Shown one piece after another: positions 53,022 through 64,000 of a DNA stretch of 64,000 nucleotides. The position numbers and the translations under genes are program-made. Source of the DNA: Octopus vulgaris (taxonomy: Eukaryota); the NCBI GenBank assembly GCA_951406725.2, contig OX597835.1, positions 50,034,001-50,098,000 on the forward strand, given 5' to 3'. Positions within the stretch are counted from its first letter, which is position 1, and each line of letters begins with the position of its first letter. The notes under the pieces were generated by a model, which worked only from the letters and a program-made list of their open reading frames with translations, had not been told where the DNA came from and searched no databases.

Positions 53022-54579
53022 ACAGGCTTTTTTTCAGATTCTGCCAACCAAATCCACTCACAAAGCTTTGATCAGCCTGAGGCTAGTGTAGAAGACACTT
53101 CCCTTAGGTGCCACCCAGTGGGACCGAATCTGGAACGATGTCATTGAGAAGCAAGTTTCTTAACTCACAGCCATGATTCCAAGTAACAGATTAATAACAA
53201 CAGAGTTATTTTACTAACTGCAACAAAGCAGTCTGTCTCCACAGAAACATGGCAACAAAAGAGTTAATGGTCTTTGCTAGAATGCTGCACTACAAAAGCA
53301 GTCACAAATTTTTAACCCGGCATAGAAAACAAAATATATAAATATGATTCATAACTGAAAATAAATCACGTCAAGTTTAAAAATAATAAAATACATTATC
53401 AGAATGTTTTTTAAAAAAATGGTTTTGAACAGGTATTGACAAATTTTTTTTGCATTTGCAGGCTGCATGGTGTATTAATGTGTGGACAGTGAACCAGATT
53501 AATGCCACAGAAAACTTTGAAATGTGGGAGGCTAGAAAACCATTTTGGTTTATGCCAATTTTTTATCCAAGAATTCAATTTAGTCACATGATCATGTGAT
53601 ATTGGTTTCAAATTTTGATACAAGGCCATCAAGTTTTGAGGAAGGGGAGAAGTCTATTCCATTGACCCCAGTGCATAACTGGTACTTATTTTATCAACCT
53701 TGAAAGGACGAAAGGCAAAGTCAGCGTTGGTGGCATTTGAACACAGAAGGTAAAGACAAATGAAATGCCAGTCAGCATTTCACCTGGTCTGCTAACGATT
53801 CTGTCAGCTCCCTGCCTTTGGATCACAGCACTGACCAGGCTATCAGATGCTGTTACACATTGCTGGTCACAATGCACCGTCACATTATCTGAGACTTCAA
53901 ATGACACCCCCCTATTGGCTAAGCGATCAGACCAATGTTCCCTGCAGATCGAAAGGGAGACCGGTGCAAAGCGAAATGAAATGCTTTGCTCAAGAATACA
54001 ATGCACTGCTCTATCTAGGAATTGAACTCATGATCAAGTAATTGTTAGTGCAACAGCCTAACCACTAGATCATGCACCTTCACAGTTACAATATATTTCA
54101 ATAAAAGCATTTTTTGAATCTACAAAAAAAGGACACAATGAATCTCTAAAATGTAAGAATTAATAACACGATGCACTGAATGCAGATATGAGAAAGAGAA
54201 AAAATGATTTCCTTTTAATACAAACAAATGTTGGACCAATATGAAACGTGATGCTGTTTGTTGCTTGAAAGATCATCAATATTGGATGCCAAGCTTGGTG
54301 GTGCCAATATCAAGACATCATCTTGACAGGCCTCATACAAGGTGGGGGAAATCTCTATGATTTACTTTTTGAAGCTGGTCTTCTCACAACTGTAACTGCC
54401 TTTCAAATGCTACAATATTGCAACATATCTCATGTTTCAGCTGTTGTTTTCCCACTAAAGTTGTAAGTTCAAAGTCATTGAAACAAGACGTAATGTCCAC
54501 AACAAATGCCAATGTTCCAATCCAATTTCTATTGAGAAAATACAAAACAATCCACATTTATGCTTTCAAGGAACATTAC

Positions 54580-54658
54580 CGTCTCTTTCTGTGATGGAAA
54601 TATTCTTTCCAGGCACCAAACATTGCAGAAATAGACCAGTCCCCCATTTTGTTTTTGT
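54580..54658 (-). CDS. Putative cryptic/alternative exon A in RABL6 intron 1
   Basis: ttttttactggttacag acceptor, CG|gtaatg donor. Open in phase with exon 1: (N)KNKMGDWSISAMFGAWKEYFHHRKR(R). Not a recognisable repeat. Confidence 0.5.
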
Positions 54659-55559
54659 CTGTAACCAGTAAAAAACATGCTGAAACTGGTGAGGATTTAA
54701 ACTATGAGACAGGATTATATCCACTATCGTAATAATAATATCCTTAACATTCTCTCTCATCTTTCCCCTCTCTACTGTATCCTCATCATTACTATTCTGA
54801 TATGCTTCACCCAACTCATCCACCCCTCAACACTTGTTCTTCATTCATTAGTCACCCTCTCATCCATTCCTCATCTCTCACTCTCTCCTACTCTTATAAC
54901 CTCAACCCACCCACACACCATGTTCTTCATCCCCCCACTCAACTCTTCTCGTCTTGTACATTGAAGGTCATCACCACTATTTTTATCAATTCCTTGGTCC
55001 ATTCCAATCACCCCCACCCTCTCTTTTCTAAAAGTGAGTAACCATGTGGCCCCTCTTCAGCAAGAAACCTGGTCTGCTCTGGCCCATTTGTTCATATTTT
55101 TACACCTTCTCACCTCTTTGCATAACCCTTCCTCTCCCACCATCAAGGTTCATAGTTTTCTAAAATGCAAAGTAACCTCACAAGTATTGGCAGAATAAAA
55201 AAGCATTCAGTACACGGAAAGTCATTCAGCCATAGAAATCAAAGTAAGCAACAGAGCATAACGCAGTCCTTGCCACGCCACGCCTCACTGCATTCTCTCA
55301 AACCATCTGACCCATGCCAACACGAAACAAGCACTAAATGATGACCAGTCTCTAAAACTTAGCACATAAGGCACAAACATGGCTTTGTGATAAAAAGTTT
55401 GCTTCTCAACCACATGGTTCTGGGTTCAGCCCCGTTGCATGGTACCTTGAACAAGTGCGTTCTATAGACTCAAGCTGAATGAAGCCATGTCAAAGGATTT
55501 GGTGGATGGAAACTGAAAGAAGTCTGCTCTGTGTGTGTGTGTGCATATATATATTTTAC

Positions 55560-56800
55560 TGAGGTACACGGGGGCCATGGTATTGGCACCCGGAATGATG
55601 AGGGAACTAGGCTACTGGAGTTCTGTGATGCATGTAACCTTTTAATCTGCAACACTAACTTCAAGAAGCCAGACAGCCACCTGATAACCTATCAATCAGG
55701 GGACTCTGCTAGCCAGATTGATTTCATCCTTACCAGACAGCAGGACACAGGGTTGCTCTTAAATACAAAGACCCTCCCGGGGGTGAGGAATGTACCCCCC
55801 ACCATAGGCTAGTCATTAGTGACTTTAGGCTCGAGGCCAGAAGGATATAAGAAAGCAGACCAATCCAAAAAAGAAGGATTTGGAAGCTAAAGAACCCTTC
55901 ACATGGTCAGAGATTTAGAGACATCCTCATCAAGAAATTTGATGAAAGGGAGGAGGAGCTACAGACATCAGATATAGAAGGTAGCTGGAAATTCCTATGG
56001 GACAGCTTGCCGAGTGTCACAGACCAAGTCTGCGGATGGTGCAAAGTCCCTTCCAGACCTAAAGTTATGTCGTGGTGGAATAGTACGGTAGACAAAGCCA
56101 TTAGAGCAAAGAAACAGGCCTGGAAAGCTTGGAGGGATGGGGGTAGCAGGGAACTGTGCCAGGTAGCCAAAAGGGAGGCTGGGCGGCAGGTATACATAGC
56201 CAAGGGCGAAGCAGAAAAGAAGAAGTTTGCCAATGTTCAGCGACGTGAGGACCAAAGAACTGAGGTATTTCGTATTGCTAGACAGTGTGTGAGAGAAAAT
56301 AGTGATGTTACAGGAGAGAAATGTGTTCGCATGGATGATGGTGCACTTGCTTTCAATGTTTCTGAAAAGAAAGAGGCTTCGAGAAGTCATTATGAGAGAC
56401 TGCTGAATGTGGAAAATGAATGGGAGGAGGAGAGCCAGCCAAATGTTGACCCAGTAGAGGGTCCAGCTATCCAAATAGTCAGCTCCCTGGTAGATAAAGC
56501 AATTAAGGGTATGAAGCATGGAAAAGCCCCTGGCCCATCAAGAATCACTGCTGAGATGCTTAAAACATCTGGTGGTGTGGGCTATGGCCTAGTCACCCGC
56601 ATTGTAAATCAGGTAGTTCATGATGGAGCCATACCCAATGACTGGCATAGCAGCACTATAGTCAACTGCTACAAGAGTAAGGGTGATGCTCTAGATAGAA
56701 ATAACTACAGGGGTATTAAACTGCTGGATCAGGTGATGAAGGTCATAGCCCAACTCATTAGGGAGAGAGTCTGCCTAGATGAGATGCAGTTTGGTTTTGT
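55560..56800 (+). mobile_element. RTE LINE, 5' part (APE C-terminus to RT start)
   Basis: RNDEGTRLLEFC..NLLICNTNFKK, SQIDFIL, KAPGPS, NYRGIKLL, QFGFV; interrupted by the CR1 insertion. Confidence 0.92.
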
Positions 56801-59072
56801 TAGTTAGTTAGTTAATTTGGCTCAAAAGCAAATAGCAAGGCCATGTAGGGGGACATGGAGTTAAGTACAGGGTGGTGTTCATGTAAAGAGTTCAGGCCAC
56901 TTGAGGTCCAGGGAGGCTTTGAACAAAGCGGTCGTCGGCATCTTCACCATCTCATCTGGCAGCTTGTTCCACGGATCCGCAACCCAGACGGAGTAAGCTC
57001 CTCTCCTTCGATTGAGATGAAATCGTCGCAGGTAGAGCTTTTCGGAATGACCCCGCAGCCGACGCTCTGGAGCAGGAGTGAAGAACAGCTCTTTCGAGAG
57101 GTTACACTTTCCGCTTATGATGTTGTGGGCGAGAATGAGATCACCACGGCGGCGGCGTTTTCAAGAGAATAAAGGTCGAGCGTCCTCAGCCTTTCTTCGT
57201 AGGACAAATTTTTGAGACCATGAACCATGCGGGTAGCCAGCTTCTGGACTCTTTCGAGATGCTGTATGTCTTTGAGGAGGTAAGGAGAAGAGGCTTGAAT
57301 CCCATACTCCAATATGGGTCTCACCAGCGTGACATAGAGTGGTAGGAATATGGCTGCTGTGAGCATTCCGAATGACCGTCGAATCAAGAACAGAATTCCG
57401 CGTGCTTTGTTGGCAGCATGGACGCACTGGGCCGAAGGCGAAAAGGAGGAATCCACCAAGATACCCAGGTCCTTTACCTGATCGGTCCTCTCCAGCAGCA
57501 GATGACCCGGCTCGAAATCAAGTTGAGTTGCAGGAGTAGAGCCGACAGGCAGATGACAGCACTTTGACACGTTCAGACACAGGTCCCAATCATTAGACCA
57601 CTTCCAAATTTGGTGGAGGCATCGACGAAGATCCTCTATATTACCGCGAGGAGCGACCAGTTTGATATCGTCGGCAAATAGAAGGGTGTGTTGCGTGAGG
57701 TCGTCGGGCAAGTCATTTATGAAGACTAAGAACAACAAGGGCCTAAGCACTGAACCTTGAGGCACGCCACTGCTCGCACTGGAGACGTCGGACTGCGAAC
57801 CATTAACTTGGACTTGGAAGGAGCGATCTGAGAGGAAGGCACCAACCCATCGTGGCAAAGTGGAAACTATATGCTTGAAGCTTGACAATAAAACGATGTC
57901 AACAGTATCACTATCATCGAGGATGCGCGTCACCAATTCTTCCATTACTAGTAAGTTGGTCAAGCATGATCTCTTCGGCACGAAGCCGTGTTGGGAATCA
58001 GAGATAGAGGCTGTGTTTAGGAGGTGGAGCATCATACTTTTCTTAAAGATGGTTTCGAACATCTTGCTGATTATTGATCTAAGGGAAACCGGTCGGTAGT
58101 TAAGCGGGTCTTCGCGGCTCCCTTCCTTGAAAATTGGGCAGATTATCGCTGTTCTCCAGTCTGCAGGTATAACACCCATCGCCAATGACATCTTGAATAG
58201 TCGTGTTAAGGGCTCGCAGATGACCGGAGCCAACGCTTTGATAACCCGTGGGTGTATGCCGTCAGGGCCGTGACCTTGTTGACATCGAGGCCTTGAATAA
58301 CACGTTTGACTTTGTCCCGCGTGATGACCAATCGAAGCATTGGAGATACTGATCTATCAAATGGAGGGGGTTCACGACCATCATCTTGTTTGAAAATAGT
58401 TGAAAAAGCCTCGGCAAATAATTGACTCTGTTGATAAGGGTCCTCAATCGATACGCCTGTTGAGTCTACCAACGTTGCAATCTGGTTGTTCAAGCGGGAA
58501 TTCCGCTGGACATGGGCAAAGAAGGTTTTTGGATTGCTACTGGCATTTGCCGCGATTTTGTATTCATAACTGAAGCGTTCTTTCTTTTCAATTTTCACGG
58601 CTCGGTCTCGTTGAGTTTTGTACACCTCAAAAGCTGCAGTCGAATCCAGATTTTTGAATTCAGCCCAAGCAATATCTCTGAGTCGATGTTCTCGTTTAAC
58701 CTTCTTCGTCACCCAGGGCTTGTGTTTCTTCTTCTTGGGAAGCCCAACGGGAACTGCCTGGTCAGTCAAACAGATTACATATGCTTTGAGGGATGACCAG
58801 AGTTCGTCAACTGAGGACAACGTCATCAGGGATCGCCAGTCCAGAAGCGCGGAAGCCTCGGTTAGAATTTCAAGATTAATTGTAGAGAAGACTCTACGTG
58901 GCAGCGAAGTAGTCGTGGGCGTAGAAAAAGTTGTGTGCATGACGAACTTCAGGACCGCATGATCACTCTTGGCAAGAGGGGCGCACACAGATACGTCTGA
59001 CACTGATCTTGGATAGCGGGAGAATACCAGATCTAGCACGGATGGCTGCTGCCCAGACCGATGCCTTGTCGG
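56801..59072 (-). mobile_element. 5'-truncated CR1-clade LINE nested in the RTE
   Basis: PTRHRSGQQPSVLDL..SDH (APE), NYRPVSL, QHGF, SGVPQGSVL, FADDIKL, RPILEY, LERVQ, YEERL motifs; stop at 56879-56881; (TAAC)n tail. Two frameshifts and an RT deletion. Confidence 0.93.
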
Positions 59073-59258
59073 GTAGAAGCACTATTGATGCCATATTCCT
59101 GGTTCGACAACTTCAGGAGAAATACCTAGCCAAAGATAAACCCCTCTACTTAGCTTTTGTGGACTTGGAGAAAGCCTTTGACAGGGTCCCTCGATCCCTT
59201 ATCTGGTGAGCAATGCAGAAACTGGAGATTGAGAAATGGTTAATAAGGGCTGTACAAC
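59070..59258 (+). mobile_element. RTE LINE continuation after the CR1
   Basis: GRSTIDAIFLVRQLQEKYLAKDKPLYLAFVDLEKAFDRVP directly continues QFGFV at 56800. Confidence 0.9.
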
Positions 59259-59849
59259 AATGGGTTGAACAGCTCAATAGAAACTGGCAAGGCCAGGAAG
59301 GGCATTAGGTTCCATTGTCTGTTTTGGTTTCTATGGCTGGATGCCCTTCCTAATGCCAACCACGTTACAGAGTGTATTGGGTGCTTATTCGTGACACCAG
59401 CAGCACCAGCACCCACACCAATGCTCTTTGCATGACACCATGGTTTTAAAATCTCAATTCTGATGTGGTGGGCAGGTCTTCTTGAGTACAGCAATGCACC
59501 ACATTTATCTATGTAATATATTGAAGTACAAGAGTGCTGATATGTTTTAGACACTACATGTACAGTGGGCCCACCTTTCATCAACTCTCAACTGGTGATC
59601 ATGGTTTCAGCACCTTTTAACAATATTCGTTTCTGCAGTTGTGCCAGGCGATACTGATGCTACCAAGGAATAACTGGGTTGTTTTGGCCCACCCTCTTAA
59701 AACGTCTTCTTGATTATCATCTTATGCAGCTACCATGTCAAACTAATTGTAACTGTGACCACCCGAACCATGTAAAAATAATTTGGCTTTGCTATGCAGT
59801 GTTTGTCTCATTTTTCTTGTTGCATTCTGCTTTCACGTGTATCTGCCGT

Positions 59850-60900
59850 AACCATGACGAACCACTTTCCGCTTGCCTTTATGTTCAACGTTTTGCTGTC
59901 CATCTGAAATCTAATGCCAACCAGATAGAACACAGTGGATCTGTCTATAAACCCATGGCAGCCCACCTCTATTTGAAGCAACAATTCCGTAAGGCCTCTC
60001 ATTTCATGTGTCCATTTTACACTGGTTTCCAAAGGCTTCGTTAATTGAACAATCAAAGAAATTTTTTGTCAAGACAGACCATGCAATAAAGTCAGAGTAT
60101 TGCTTTTGTTATTGAAATATGGCTTGAGAACCAAAGCATTTCATTCAAATCAACCTGCACCATGAAGGTATCTGGGGATTGTCTTTTTGTTTATGCTCCT
60201 ACATTCTCATTTCTGATCCTTCGTGTGGAAGTTAAAAGAGAACAACCTGACGTTCATTCTCATTGCATTATTACTGCTGCATCCCTAAGAAAACCCATGA
60301 ATTGGTTATGCTGCCAGTCTTACTCTGCAATAGATCACTAAAACAATCTGCTAGAACATAACCTTTACATGAATGACAACCAAAGGCTTCACTCCATCCC
60401 CAGCATTTATTGTTGGTTGAGATGGAAGTATATTCTACATTGTGCTTCGTAGAAATCCTAATTTGGCTAATTCCATTTCCCACATCTTCTGTGCTGGCTC
60501 TAGATGGATCCTATATTGTTCTTACACACTAGCATTCTGATTCTGCTGCTTTTGCCTCACCTGTCTCCCTTTTTTGATGCAAGAAATTTCGTTGATCCCA
60601 GTATCTTGGCCACCTTTATCATTCGGCTGAGAAAACAATTTGTCCTGTGTAATTCCATGCCTTCATCTCGTGTTACCTCCTTTCATTTCCAGAGTCTCCG
60701 CAACCTCTGCAATTTTTCTCATACTCCATATGGTTCTAGTCAATACTATTGGTTTAGTCGCACGAACAGTGAAACCCATCAAATCCCATAGCATCGTGTG
60801 TCAGTGGGTTTTTGCTACCTTAAACTCTTCCGACAATGATGTTAAAGACAACTGGCATTTTACTGTAGCACATATACAGCTCAAGTCTTGTAAACTATGG
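59850..60900 (-). mobile_element. Decayed Hero-like (RLE-type) non-LTR retrotransposon
   Basis: Minus-strand frameshifted motifs SLSEEFKVAK, WEMELAKLGFL, ILPS, C..C, WQHNQ, DFIAWS, IVQLTKPLE and IEVGCHGF match the Hero zinc knuckle plus restriction-like endonuclease. Confidence 0.7.
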
Positions 60901-61974
60901 TGGTAGATCAAACCACCCGCAACAATGAATTATATTCTCTTATAGACAGCAAATAATGTGGTTTACTTGTTTAAAACAAAGCGACATTGTTTCTGCTAAT
61001 AAATTTGAACGAGTTCACCTGGAAGCATGTGTGGGCAGGGAGAGCAGCTCATACATACTAATGGAATGGTCCTACTTCCGGTATTCATGTATACCAGAGT
61101 TTGGTTTGCACAGAAACGGAACTTTGGGGGCCACTCTTCCTGATCCCTCAATGTTGCAGTGTGAAACGTGTAGAGTAGGGGGGGGGTCATTCACGGATAA
61201 GATATGCACAGTAAACCAATATTTGATTGCCTGTCCATCCATGTTTAGGAAAATACTTGTTCACCGTCCGCACGTTTGTCCCGTGTGCTCAGTTAATCAG
61301 AATATTTCTTTACAGTCAGCAATAAAACAACAACATGATTAAGGAAGGGAAACTGCAGCAGAAAACTAGGGCAGTCGTTTGTTGCAACTTGTAAAATATA
61401 AACAAGACAAGAGAACTGTACACACACACATATATAAACGAAAAAAAATGTGTTGTAAATAAACAAAGGACAGGTAAAAACCATACAACGTATACTGAAT
61501 GTATGTGTATTGTATATAAGCACAGCTTTATACACATAATCAGACTATCGCACTTGGGGTAAGTGTACACGTTCACTTGGTAATATGGAAAGAAACAAAA
61601 TGTCCCTAAAACCATTAAATTTTGTGATTACAAAAATGGTTTTTAATCATTTGAATATTTATTTAGATCGCTGCGAATTGTGACGGTTTCAGTGTTAAAA
61701 GTTTAAGGACAGCTGGTAGAGGGGTAGAAATGGCTCGATAGATTGATTGGTATATAGAATATAGATCGATATTTGGATGGATAGATGAGAATATGTTTAT
61801 TCTCTCATTCATTCATCCATCCGTCTAAATGTTTAGACAGAAAAAAGGGAAAACCTAGATCAGGAGTGAGTACTGAGTAAGCAGGCGTGTGTGTGTGTAC
61901 ACTAAACGAAATCAATTGAAAACAAGAACAGAGAAGAAGGAAGAAGTGTAGGAACAATAAACACGACTACTTAC

Positions 61975-62095
61975 TGTTATATTGAACTCCTTTTGCGAAT
62001 TTCCGCTGGAGTTGGGCCCCCATGGGTTGGTGTCCAGGTGGAGTTGCTGGTTTGATTGGCTCATTGCCACCAAGAAGTTTCCGAAAAAGAGACAT
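61975..62095 (-). CDS. RABL6: RABL6 coding exon 1 (start codon)
   Basis: ATG at 62095 gives MSLFRKLLGGNEPIKPATPPGHQPMGAQLQRKFAKGVQYN, matching the RABL6 N-terminal LQRRFAKGVQYNMK motif. Donor A|gtaagt, phase 1, 121 nt. Confidence 0.95.
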
Positions 62096-62987
62096 ATTGG
62101 TCTGTGTGTGTGGAATATGGATATTTATTCAGAGGTTTCCTTTTTCTTCAATGATTTTTAAAACTATTTTGCAAACTTTCCTTTTACTTTTGAAATTCTT
62201 ATACTGTGTTTCCTGCATTATCTACAACTGACCTTTTCACAAAACCTCAGCAAATACTCGATATTGGCCTCATTTTGCGGTCGTCACTGGCTTCAAGCAA
62301 AGCACAATCACAGATTGCTCATAAATGTCCTTATCTGTCTTTTCTCCAATCTATTTCCGTTGTTTTCTGCGACAATGTGTCGAGATAGAGCAACAGGGTA
62401 ACTTGCCAACAGGTAGAAGAATCTCAAATCAAACTCAGGCATAGAAACGTGTTGTTTTTTTCCTTCATGACCATTTATCCATTTCAAGTTGGAATTTCCG
62501 AGTATATTTTTCTTCTTTTTGTTTATATAAAAAGGGGGGATGTCCCAATCGAACAGGTTTCTCCTTACATTGTTGTTGCTTCGAGGAAAAGAAAACTGAA
62601 TTTAGATGAAAAATTAAAGAGAGATAAGAGAAGAAATGTACGCGTTAAAGTATTTTATGAATCCAGACGCATTCCACTAAATTGGTGAAAGACTTGAATG
62701 TCAAGAGAGGAATAAGTTGAATCTGGGAATAAGAATCCAGGCTGGAATCGCCACCAAATCAATAAATTGACAAGTTTTCACAAATAAACCTGTTTCTCTC
62801 TCCTCACACACCGTCTCTCTCTTCCCTCTCTCTTTATTTACATCTCAGTTCAGCATATCATTGTACTAAAATTATATATGTATATATTTTTAAAAACATT
62901 ATATCAAAACTGCTCAGAATTCTTGCTGTTGTTTATCTCATTCGTTCTGCGACAGTCAAAGACATTCTTCTCCAGTTTCCTCTGCCA

Positions 62988-63255
62988 AGCAAATACGATT
63001 TCGTCATCAGGTTGCATAAAAAAGCCTTAAATTAATGTTGCCGAAACGAAACTTTATTTGTTCCATCGCCAACCAGCTTCTAATTATCAAGCTATTATGA
63101 ATTCGTCATCAGGTTACCAAAATAATTCTTGGTGAAACGAAACTTCATTCGTTCTGTCGCCAACCAAGACTTGGCAGCTTTTTTTCTATCAAGCAAATAC
63201 CATTTCAGGTTGCATAAAGAAGCTTAAATTAATCTTGCCGAAACGAAACTTCATA
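62988..63255. repeat. Degenerate about 100-bp tandem repeat (about 2.7 copies) upstream of RABL6
   Basis: Recurring aagc..at..ttcgtcatcaggttgcataaa, gccgaaacgaaactt and tcgccaacca blocks. Confidence 0.75.
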
Positions 63256-64000
63256 TTAACATACTTCGTGACATGAATAATTATGCCGATGACAGTATAT
63301 ATGGAATTAATTATATAACATAAACAAATCGATTATTACTTTTTTCTTTGATTATTAATGTTAATACAGAGTAGTTATCAGTGTGAAAAAAAATTAATTT
63401 TACTCAGTCTCATTATGTTTTATTTGTAATTTTGTAATATAAAAGAAGTATTGCAGATAGGATGGCGGGATATGTGAAAAGCTCGCTAATTCAAAGTATG
63501 AAAAAATTAAATTTATTCGATTTTAAGAATGGATTAAACATCATCCGAAGACCGATGCTCCGTGAGTAATGAAATTAATTTATCATCTTCTGCTGGGAAT
63601 CTTTAAATGAAATTATTTCTGTAAAAAGCAAACGAAAGTTATTTTCACCGGCGAATGTTAAATGCAAAAGTACAAGGTTAATTAATTTCAGTTCGCTTGT
63701 GAAGAATATTTTATTTCGGTTAATGCGATTATGAGTTAATTTATTTTGTGAAAATATTAACTTTCGAATTGTGATCTCAATTTTAATTGTTATTATTAAT
63801 GTTTTAAAGAGGAATTTGTACATATAAATACATCGCCTCAATAAATGTTTCTATAAACTTCTTTAGTTTAGAAATTGCCTCATTGTAAATCATTCTGGTC
63901 ACTCTGTTGTAAATATAAACATATTTGAATTAACATAACCTCCACACACACATATTATGCCAAGGTTTTAAGCTTTGAAATCGTTGCACAAACTTTCCTC

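Noticed and set aside
54580-54647. MGDWS start resembling a connexin N-terminus
   Set aside because: Five-residue match only, no transmembrane segments follow, and connexins are chordate-restricted.
60271-61342. Cys-rich ORFs suggesting an endogenous viral glycoprotein
   Set aside because: Minus-strand motifs fit a Hero-like zinc knuckle and endonuclease; the plus-strand ORF has no recognisable domain.
62998-63012. CTGATGA-C-GAAA hammerhead-like string on the minus strand
   Set aside because: No stem II, no convincing stems I or III, and the second repeat copy lacks GAAA.
63575-63841. 88-aa AT-rich ORF
   Set aside because: Composition typical of chance ORFs in AT-rich DNA; no motif or splice support.

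Overview
AT-rich, microsatellite- and SINE-dense animal DNA; the repeat families point to an octopod cephalopod (inference). The window holds most of one gene, RABL6 (RBEL1), on the minus strand. I rebuilt 12 coding exons with GT-AG sites and a continuous reading phase, from the ATG at 62095 to exon 12 at 467-551; the 3' end lies beyond the left edge. Intron 1 (23220-61974, about 38.8 kb) contains RTE LINEs, a CR1 LINE nested in an RTE, a Hero-like relic, a DD36E Tc1, mariner and Helitron remnants, a solo LTR and tRNA-derived SINEs. Main candidates for follow-up: (1) phase-compatible cryptic exons in intron 1 that could encode a new RABL6 isoform or a small protein; (2) a minimal type I hammerhead ribozyme on the pre-mRNA strand; (3) inverted 2-kb RTE copies bracketing three of those exons and the ribozyme; (4) a CR1 that resembles flatworm elements and an Incomer-type Tc1, both possible horizontal transfers. 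Coordinates were read by eye; repeat boundaries are approximate.
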